15,300 nt of DNA from Fusobacteriota bacterium (GTDB lineage: Bacteria > Fusobacteriota > Fusobacteriia > Fusobacteriales > JBNJFI01): assembly GCA_051746725.1 (NCBI GenBank), contig JBNJFI010000049.1, positions 1-15,300 on the forward strand. The letters are read 5' to 3'. Positions 8,278 through 15,300 of this stretch are shown here, one piece after another (positions within the stretch are counted from its first letter, which is position 1; each line of letters opens with the position of its first letter). Below the pieces are notes generated by a model. That model was not told where the DNA came from and made no database searches. It saw only the letters and a list, made by a program, of their open reading frames with translations. A program made the position numbers and the translations under genes.

Positions 8278-8898
8278 TTATTTTAATAATAATTTTGTGT
8301 TTGCTATATATATTATATCTTGAGATTCTAATTTACATGGTTGACCTGGTTTTATTTTTACCTTTTTTGCGGTTTTATTCTTTTTTATCCCACTTCCATT
8401 TGAAGAACCTATATCTTCAAAGTACCAAGAATTATTCGCACGATTTAAAACTCCATGCTCTCTACTTATAAGAGTGGCATAAGTTGCCTTACCTAAATCT
8501 ATATCGATATCATTTCCCTTTGTTTTTTTTCCTATTAAAAGTGAAACTTTATTTTTCAAATCCCAACTTCTTATGTTATCTCCATCTTCTCCTTTTAAGA
8601 TAAGCTCCGTTATCTCTTGATAATTATCCTTTTTTTCTTTTTTGTTTGAAAGCACTCTAATTAAAATTATTGTGCCTATAAGTGAAAATCCTATTATGAC
8701 ATATAATAGATTTTTCTCTCTATAAATATAACCTAAATATCCTACTCCTAATAACATAATTGTTATTATTAATATGTTTATTATTTTTAACATTATTTTC
8801 TTTTTATCTTTTTTTTGTGGATTATTTTTATGTTTTGATAACTTTCTCTTTATATATAACTTTTTCATCTGTTTTGGTATATTTAAAAAATCTAACAT
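8278..8898 (-). CDS. Membrane-bound FHA-domain protein (two TM helices)
   Basis: Two hydrophobic segments (IINILIITIMLLGVGYLGYIY; LLYVIIGFSLIGTIILI), then FHA motifs LIGK, ISREH, WYFEDIGSSNGS. SD AGGAGG. Confidence 0.9.
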   Translation of the reverse strand: MLDFLNIPKQMKKLYIKRKLSKHKNNPQKKDKKKIMLKIINILIITIMLLGVGYLGYIYREKNLLYVIIGFSLIGTIILIRVLSNKKEKKDNYQEITELILKGEDGDNIRSWDLKNKVSLLIGKKTKGNDIDIDLGKATYATLISREHGVLNRANNSWYFEDIGSSNGSGIKKNKTAKKVKIKPGQPCKLESQDIIYIANTKLLLK

Positions 8899-8907
8899 TT
8901 TAACCTC

Positions 8908-9336
8908 CTACTTATTAAAATTAAAAAACTGATTAAACATCTTGTTGTCTTTCGTTGGTTTGGCAGCTTTTTCATTTTTATTTATTTTTTGTTTTGTTTT
9001 GGGATCAAATCCAAAAAAGTCTTTAAAATTATCTTCAAAGTCATTAATGTCAAACCCCTGATCTCTATAGTTTTTTTGACTGTTGCTTCCTCTACTTTTT
9101 TGCCCTCGAAATCTACCATCTCCTCCTCTTTTTAAATCTCTATCATATTCAGTTCGACTCTTTTCAGATCCTAGTATTTTATAAGCTTCTGATATCTCTT
9201 TAAATTTTTCCTCAGCAACCTGGTTTCCTGGATTTTTATCTGGATGATACTTCATTGCCAATTTACGATAACTCTTTTTTATCTCTTTGAATGTAGCCTC
9301 TGCAGTTACATTTAAAATATTATAAAAATTTTTCAT
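8908..9336 (-). CDS. Small J-domain (DnaJ-like) co-chaperone
   Basis: NFYNILNV...[18 protein letters not shown]...[16 protein letters not shown]...RTEYD with an intact HPD motif, followed by a short G/F-rich tail. No zinc finger or C-terminal client-binding domain. Confidence 0.95.
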   Translation of the reverse strand: MKNFYNILNVTAEATFKEIKKSYRKLAMKYHPDKNPGNQVAEEKFKEISEAYKILGSEKSRTEYDRDLKRGGDGRFRGQKSRGSNSQKNYRDQGFDINDFEDNFKDFFGFDPKTKQKINKNEKAAKPTKDNKMFNQFFNFNK

Positions 9337-9346
9337 AACTCTCCTC

Positions 9347-10120
9347 TCAATCTACTATTATTCTTCCATATGAATGGGATTCTGTTTTTTGTACTTCATT
9401 ATCACCATTCTCATCAAATTCCATTAAAATATCTTTTAAATAATTATACATCTGTAAATTTGTAAACTCTTTATTTTTTATACTTAACTTTTTTGAAATA
9501 TAACTTTTTATTATTTCTCTATTAACTGTTCCTGATTCTAAAGTTTTATATGCAAATATTATATCTATAGGAGACATGGTATTTATCTCCAAGGCCTTTT
9601 TACCAAACTCTCTTAATATTTTAGGAGATATACTTGTACCTCCAGTTGAAGAGTATTTACAATTTATAATATTAAGAGTATTGTATTCTGTTTTAAAATC
9701 AAAAAAGTCACTGTAAGTTGTTCTTAAATCTGCTCCCTTTCTCAATTTAAATCTACCTAACTCCAACTCATTTTTTAATAAATCTTTATTCTCATCTGAG
9801 GTTATATTTAGTTTTTTTATATCATAATCTCTATTTTCTTCTTCTAAAATCGATATTTTAATTACAACCTCTACATTCGATTCTGGATAATCTATTTCTG
9901 TCTTATCATCTAATATATATATACATCCATCGAGTTTTATTATTCCCTTATTTATTACTATATAACTTTCATTTACTGATATTTTACATCCTTCTAATAT
10001 TCCATCTGAATACTCTTCAAAAAAGATATCTATAAAGTTTTTAGGATAATCTCGTAAAGCTTCTAGCATCCCTTTTTTTAATATAGAGCCTTTTTCAAAT
10101 TTAGGAACTCTGTTTTCCAA
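9347..10120 (-). CDS. Hypothetical protein (possible baseplate/structural subunit of the locus)
   Basis: Long ORF in the operon. Probable start is TTG at 10120, preceded by the SD-like GGGGGTG; the ORF-track ATG at 10141 lacks an SD. No Walker, catalytic or TM motifs seen. Confidence 0.8.
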   Translation of the reverse strand: MENRVPKFEKGSILKKGMLEALRDYPKNFIDIFFEEYSDGILEGCKISVNESYIVINKGIIKLDGCIYILDDKTEIDYPESNVEVVIKISILEEENRDYDIKKLNITSDENKDLLKNELELGRFKLRKGADLRTTYSDFFDFKTEYNTLNIINCKYSSTGGTSISPKILREFGKKALEINTMSPIDIIFAYKTLESGTVNREIIKSYISKKLSIKNKEFTNLQMYNYLKDILMEFDENGDNEVQKTESHSYGRIIVD

Positions 10121-10172
10121 TATTTTCACCCCCTTGTACATTGATATCTATTTATAAAATATTATTAGAAAT

Positions 10173-12809
10173 TTATTTACTTCCATCGAAGAAGTTAAGA
10201 TCTGATAACTCCTCTTCAAATGGAAAATATTTTTCCTGCCCAACATATAGTTGTTCATCTTCTCTAGATATAGGCAAAATATAAAATCCCCACCTGCTAG
10301 AATCTGTAAACACAAAAAATTTGACTTCCTTATTCCCTATTTTATCTGTTTCCTTTTGAGGTATCTTGCCTTTATATTTCTCCATTACCTCTTCTACTGT
10401 AACACTTTTTCTGTTATTAGTATTATTTTCATATATATACTCTTTTTTGAGGTCCCCTTCACTGTTTTTTAAATAAAATTTCACCTCTTCTACTGTAATG
10501 GGTTTAGATATATATCCATTTGCCGAACTTATCTTCTCATCTGTTTCAATCAATATCTTCTCTTTATCTGTAAAAGTATAACTACTAATTGAATAAGGTA
10601 CTATAGGTATATTATTTTCTATATTTACAACTATATTCCCATGTTTTTTTGCATTTATATACTGTATAACTCCCTTTAAACATGAAAGCTTTAAATCCAA
10701 ATAATTTTCATCTCCAGCTTTTCTATGTTTAAATTCTATACTTCTTCCTGGAACAAACTCCTTTAATGCCTCTTTAAATATATTTATCTTACATGATTGC
10801 CCGGTTAATTTTATTATGGAGTATTCCATTAACTCTCGGGATTCATAAAACTTTTCTAAAAACTTTTTGACTATTGCATATATATCTGCTCTTATTAATT
10901 TATTTATTTCAGTTATATTAAATACGACATTTGGAAATCTGTTAACATCTACTAATTGATTATCTTTCATTACTGATAAAGTCCATTTTTTTAATAATGT
11001 AATTTGCAGATCACTATCTCTATCCTCAGTCAAACGAGAGTCAAATTTATTTCTCAATATATTTGTTTTCTTAAAAAAATCTTTTTTCATATTCTCTGCT
11101 ATCTCCCATAAAAAATAATAATTATTCTTTACTTTTTGATATTCTTCTCCAGATCTATTTTCATATCTGCTATATTTAGTTGGTATTATAACTTCTGCCT
11201 CTTCATATTTTTCATCTAACTTTTTATAAATCTCATCTGTTCCAAATTCGTCTACATTTCTAAATATATCTCCACTTGATACAGATAAAAGTTGATCTAT
11301 ATCCAAAACTTCATCGTGTTTATAATAGTGAGCTAAAACTATCTTCATAAATTGCAGTATCCTAAAAGTTAAATTATTTCCTCCAAAATTAGTCTCTCCA
11401 TTTTCAAAAGTAGTATTTATATTTATCTTATAAGCTACTTTGCCTTTTTCTATACTAAAGGAACAAGAAGAAAGGTCAGTAGTTCCTCCTCCACAATCTA
11501 TAACTAACGCTTTATACTCTTTTCCATTTCTAAAACTTCTCTTTTGAATCTGTTTTTCTAAAGTATTATATAAAACTGCCATTCCCTCATCTAGAGCTTC
11601 TTCTTTTTCTATTTCATATTCAGACAATATATCTTGAAACATCATTAGATATTGTTTTTTTAATTTCACCGGACTTGATATATGTAATTTATGAAATCTA
11701 CATTTAAATTGTCTTTCAGAGACTTCAATTACATGTTCAATATATTTTTTTATAATATCTCTCTTTTTTACTACTCTTAAATTCCCACCTTCATCATATA
11801 TATCTATATCTTCATTGTAATTATTTATCCATCTTTTTATGTTCTGAAAAATACTAGCCCTTCCAGAATAATCATTCCTTATCATTCTATGCTTGGCATC
11901 ATATCCAAATAGATATTTGACCTCTTCACCCTCTTTACAGCTTTTTACATAAACTATAGTTGGTAATATTTCAATCCATTTTCCTGTTTCAGAAGTCTTA
12001 TCAAAAAATTTAGTAAAATTTATGTCATTTAACTTAATCTGCTCATTTAAAATATCATTATGGGATATTTCTGATACATAATTTTTATTCAAAAAAGCTC
12101 CTGCACTGGTATTTGAAGTCCCAAAATCAATTCCTAAAACTGTATTGGTATCTTCCAGTTCTCTAACTTCAAAATCTATTATCTCTACTTTATAATAATT
12201 TAAATTCATAGATGGCAACTCTTTTTTGGAATAATAATTTTTGTAAATATATTCTGATTCTGCTTTGTCAAAAAAGTATAAACTATAATTATTATTGGCT
12301 AAAAAATCTAGTCTAAGATTTTTAGCTTCTCCCTTTAGATAATATACATTTTTTTTATATCTATCTTTAATTAAATTAAATATTCCGCAAAGATATATTC
12401 CATTATTTATTAACAGTGCATTCCCTTCTGCTATATCATTTTTTATAGTAACTTGATACATATCTTCTTTACTTATACCTAACTCCTTATATATTGTTAA
12501 TTTAGCAGGTATTTTTATATTTTCGCTACCAGGTAATTCTGTTTTAATATTTTCAGTGAATATTTCCTGTACTCTTTCTATACCTCCCATTACATGATTA
12601 TCAATTAATAGGTTCTTGTTTTCTCCTCTGTACTTTAATATTATATCTATTAATTTATCTTTTCCATGTGATTTTTGATATGCCTTGATTATTTTGTGTT
12701 CTATACATATCTTTTTTAATTCATACTCTGACATGTCTAAAAGTTCCTGTTTACTGAATTTCTTCTTTTTATATCCCCGTGAAGTACTTCTAATTTTATA
12801 CGATTTCAT
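10173..12809 (-). CDS. Atypical Hsp70/actin-like ATPase ('molecular chaperone'-type) with a long N-terminal extension
   Basis: Phosphate-1 VLGIDFGTSNT, connect-1 ALDEGMAV, phosphate-2 LVIDCGGGTTDL, FGGNNLT, adenosine motif IKLTGQSCKI. About 220 extra N-terminal residues. SD GGAGG. Confidence 0.9.
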   Translation of the reverse strand: MKSYKIRSTSRGYKKKKFSKQELLDMSEYELKKICIEHKIIKAYQKSHGKDKLIDIILKYRGENKNLLIDNHVMGGIERVQEIFTENIKTELPGSENIKIPAKLTIYKELGISKEDMYQVTIKNDIAEGNALLINNGIYLCGIFNLIKDRYKKNVYYLKGEAKNLRLDFLANNNYSLYFFDKAESEYIYKNYYSKKELPSMNLNYYKVEIIDFEVRELEDTNTVLGIDFGTSNTSAGAFLNKNYVSEISHNDILNEQIKLNDINFTKFFDKTSETGKWIEILPTIVYVKSCKEGEEVKYLFGYDAKHRMIRNDYSGRASIFQNIKRWINNYNEDIDIYDEGGNLRVVKKRDIIKKYIEHVIEVSERQFKCRFHKLHISSPVKLKKQYLMMFQDILSEYEIEKEEALDEGMAVLYNTLEKQIQKRSFRNGKEYKALVIDCGGGTTDLSSCSFSIEKGKVAYKININTTFENGETNFGGNNLTFRILQFMKIVLAHYYKHDEVLDIDQLLSVSSGDIFRNVDEFGTDEIYKKLDEKYEEAEVIIPTKYSRYENRSGEEYQKVKNNYYFLWEIAENMKKDFFKKTNILRNKFDSRLTEDRDSDLQITLLKKWTLSVMKDNQLVDVNRFPNVVFNITEINKLIRADIYAIVKKFLEKFYESRELMEYSIIKLTGQSCKINIFKEALKEFVPGRSIEFKHRKAGDENYLDLKLSCLKGVIQYINAKKHGNIVVNIENNIPIVPYSISSYTFTDKEKILIETDEKISSANGYISKPITVEEVKFYLKNSEGDLKKEYIYENNTNNRKSVTVEEVMEKYKGKIPQKETDKIGNKEVKFFVFTDSSRWGFYILPISREDEQLYVGQEKYFPFEEELSDLNFFDGSK

Positions 12810-12842
12810 ATTTCCTCCAATAACTTTTTTCTTTTTTTATTT

Positions 12843-15299
12843 TTACGCCTTTACAAAATCTTGTCCTGGGTCTGTTATTTTTATCATCCCTGCATATGCG
12901 CATGTTAATTTAGATTTTTTTAATAATGCAGGATTTCCCGCAACTAAAGTAGTCATCTTGGCATTCACCCAAGGAGCCACAATGTTTGGCATACATGGCA
13001 TTGGTTGCAATCTACCATAGTTTGCTGCTGTTGCAGCTGCTACAGTTGGGTTAGCCATACTCTTGCACTGTCCAAATGGCAATATATTTACCATTGGTTT
13101 ATAGTCCATCATTGTAGCCATTAACTTTTTATCTATCATTATATTATGAGGGGCTACTATATTTAAAGTAGACTGTTGATTACCAAAATTACACTTCATC
13201 TTTGCACCCATACAAACATATAAATTACTACCTGTAATATCAGAAGCTGATTTTGCACCAGATACTAATATACTTTCTCGCTCTTTTTCCTTATTTTCTT
13301 TCTTTTTTACACCAGCTGCTGCAGACTCTTCTTTTATCTCCTCTTCCTCTTCTAGCTCCTTCTCTTCAACTGGTTCCTCTGGTAGTTTTATCTTTTCATC
13401 TGCCATTATCCATAAAAAGTCATCTTTTATTCTTTCTTCACTATCTAGAAATCCATTTTCACTCTCTCCCTTTACTTTTCCTATCTCCACGGATCTTTTT
13501 TCATATTTTCCTACAATTTTTCCATCTTCTATATGATATGGTGGAGTCTGTTCTAGCCATATCCCATAATTCCCTTCTTTAAACCCACCAAGTTGAAGCA
13601 ATTGTCTATTCTGGTTTTCATCTAAATAACTTATATGAAGTTCTTTTTTTCTATTGTCTTTCCAAAATATATTCTCCTTATCATCTTTATAAAACCCATC
13701 TGAATTTTCTTGAATATTTTTACCTATATAATCCCCTACAAGTTTTATTTTTGCCTTTCCAAAATAAATATCTTGTTCTCCGTTTTCTTTATTTTCTAAA
13801 TTATTTTCTTTTTTCATATTCCCAGCTTCTAATACTTTTTTCTTTGTTTTTCCTTCTCCGCTTTCTTCTATTTTTATCTCATCAAAAGGTGGTCCCCCTA
13901 TAACTCCTCCTATAACATCATAATTAGTAAATCTTCCAATAAGAACATTTTCCCCTTCAAATCTATACCAATTATTTTCATATTTATCTACATTTTGTTT
14001 TAGCAAATCAGAAAACAACATATCTTCTATTGAAAATTCAATTAAAGAGCTATCACTTTCAATTGTTAAATTCTCCTTAGATCCATAACCATATCCAGGG
14101 TTTTCCTTCAATACTGTTGGATATTCTATCCCTTTTTCACCTGTCTTTAACTCATTTTTAGCTGCTTCTTTTAGATCTTCATTACTTAATATCAGAGTTT
14201 TTACTGCATTCCCTACATATCGAGTATCCAAAGTTCCGTTTCTTAAATTACCATGTTTATCCATAAATGGCAAAAAGTTAGGTATTGGATGATATCTGGC
14301 AAAACTATTTCCAAAGGTTGCTACTTTTCTAAAAACTCCACTTCCCCCTTCATCTTCTTTTAGCCCTACTAAATGATCAGCTTCAATTATAGTTCCAGTT
14401 CTTTTTTGCAAATTAGGAGTCAAATCATTACTAAAATATATATTTTCTAAATTACTGTTTCCTTCTCCTCTGTCATATTGCATTTCAAATTTATACATTA
14501 GCTTTAATTTGTATCTCAACTCTTCCTTTATTAAGTCTAAGTCTTCAGTAGATAAAGCCTTTGCCATATTATTTGTCATTACTTTGGGGTTGTTTCCTAA
14601 AACAGTATATTCATCATTATATTTTTCTAATATTCTATCTATATCTGGATTTCTACACTGAGAAGTCCAGGAATCCCCTTCTATATATTCCAACTCTTCT
14701 AATACCTTTTTTAAATATATCACACTGATTTCAACATCAGAAAAAATCAGAATATTTTTATCCTTGCTTCCAATTCCTAATCCATTCCAAGTCTTAGTCT
14801 TATGCTTTCCCCCGGAATATATAAAAGCAAATTGTGCTAAAGCCCCACCTAAACTATGTCCTGTGAGATGAATTCTTCCTTTTGGCTCCATTTCTTTTAC
14901 TTTATTATAAAACCAAGCTGTACATATTAACTGCTCTGCATAATTATTAAAACCTAAATTCAAGTTTGTTCTTATCCAGTCACTCTTTAAATGCCGCATT
15001 TTCAATAAATCGTCTGAACCTCTAAATGCTATTATTATCTCATTTCCCTTTTTAAAAGCACTTGCCTGAAATCCACTATCTTTTTTGCCTACTATATTCC
15101 CTGCTTCTTCTCTTATTTTGGCATGATCATACGCACATAAGAATTCCCAATCTCTTAATTCAGGATATTTCGGATTATCTTCAGCGTTTACTTTATCTTC
15201 ACTGTATAAATAAAATATTCTACTATCCTTAGCACTATATATCTTTTTCTCTTCTTCTTTTCTTACATAATATCCATCACTCTTTTTCCATTCATCATA
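12843..15299 (-). CDS. Lipase (class 3/DUF2974-like) effector fused to a C-terminal DUF4280 PAAR-like domain; 5'-partial
   Basis: I translated the frame as open from 15299 (YDEWKKSDG...WEFLCAYDH...DSGFQASAFKKGNEIIIAFRGSD), so the real start lies beyond the window and not at 15005. Candidate triad: GHSLGG, SNDLTP, YHPIPNF. The C-terminus (YVCMGAKMKCNFG...NILPFGQC...PMPCMP...W...ALLKKSKLTCAYAGMIKITDPGQ) is typical DUF4280. Confidence 0.92.
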   Translation of the reverse strand, partial: YDEWKKSDGYYVRKEEEKKIYSAKDSRIFYLYSEDKVNAEDNPKYPELRDWEFLCAYDHAKIREEAGNIVGKKDSGFQASAFKKGNEIIIAFRGSDDLLKMRHLKSDWIRTNLNLGFNNYAEQLICTAWFYNKVKEMEPKGRIHLTGHSLGGALAQFAFIYSGGKHKTKTWNGLGIGSKDKNILIFSDVEISVIYLKKVLEELEYIEGDSWTSQCRNPDIDRILEKYNDEYTVLGNNPKVMTNNMAKALSTEDLDLIKEELRYKLKLMYKFEMQYDRGEGNSNLENIYFSNDLTPNLQKRTGTIIEADHLVGLKEDEGGSGVFRKVATFGNSFARYHPIPNFLPFMDKHGNLRNGTLDTRYVGNAVKTLILSNEDLKEAAKNELKTGEKGIEYPTVLKENPGYGYGSKENLTIESDSSLIEFSIEDMLFSDLLKQNVDKYENNWYRFEGENVLIGRFTNYDVIGGVIGGPPFDEIKIEESGEGKTKKKVLEAGNMKKENNLENKENGEQDIYFGKAKIKLVGDYIGKNIQENSDGFYKDDKENIFWKDNRKKELHISYLDENQNRQLLQLGGFKEGNYGIWLEQTPPYHIEDGKIVGKYEKRSVEIGKVKGESENGFLDSEERIKDDFLWIMADEKIKLPEEPVEEKELEEEEEIKEESAAAGVKKKENKEKERESILVSGAKSASDITGSNLYVCMGAKMKCNFGNQQSTLNIVAPHNIMIDKKLMATMMDYKPMVNILPFGQCKSMANPTVAAATAANYGRLQPMPCMPNIVAPWVNAKMTTLVAGNPALLKKSKLTCAYAGMIKITDPGQDFVKA

Positions 15300-15300
15300 G

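Noticed and set aside
3604..8898. Housekeeping PknB/Stp cell-division module, TerY-phosphorylation triad, or type VII secretion locus
   Set aside because: The kinase lacks TM and PASTA domains, and there is no vWA/TerY protein, FtsK-type ATPase or WXG100/LXG protein in the window.
8908..12809. Calling these the housekeeping dnaK and dnaJ genes
   Set aside because: Sizes and domain content do not fit (878 aa with an N-terminal extension; 142-aa J-only protein), and there is no grpE/hrcA context.
1503..13582. All other short plus-strand ORFs (1503, 1858, 2306, 5687, 5805, 7464, 8089, 8214, 10251, 12685, 13253)
   Set aside because: They overlap well-supported minus-strand genes and have the Phe/Leu/Ser-rich composition expected from the reverse complement of Lys/Glu-rich codons.
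12843..15005. ORF-track start at 15005 for the lipase-DUF4280 gene
   Set aside because: The frame is open to the window edge, and essential lipase motifs (DSGFQA, IAFRGSD) lie upstream of 15005.

Overview
AT-rich bacterial window (roughly 25-30% GC by eye) in which every credible gene is on the minus strand. The composition and gene set suggest a Fusobacteriota or low-GC Firmicute, which is an inference. Read in transcription direction (right to left), a tightly packed operon encodes: a 5'-truncated lipase (GHSLGG) fused to a C-terminal DUF4280/PAAR-like domain, an atypical 878-aa Hsp70/actin-fold ATPase, an uncharacterised ~260-aa protein, a small J-domain protein, two FHA proteins, an intact PP2C phosphatase, a degenerate PP2C fused to a TM helix and helical repeats, and a Hanks-type Ser/Thr kinase followed by a strong hairpin terminator. 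Downstream lies a cassette array: a 356-aa membrane-anchored protein, a 524-aa protein with a catalytically degenerate lipase fold, and a near-identical second copy of the first gene (direct repeat, offset 2777 bp) that runs off the window. My best reading, an inference, is part of a phospho-regulated, chaperone-associated T6SS-like or contractile injection locus with a PAAR-tipped lipase effector and duplicated effector/immunity-type cassettes. No tube, sheath or VgrG gene is recognisable inside the window.
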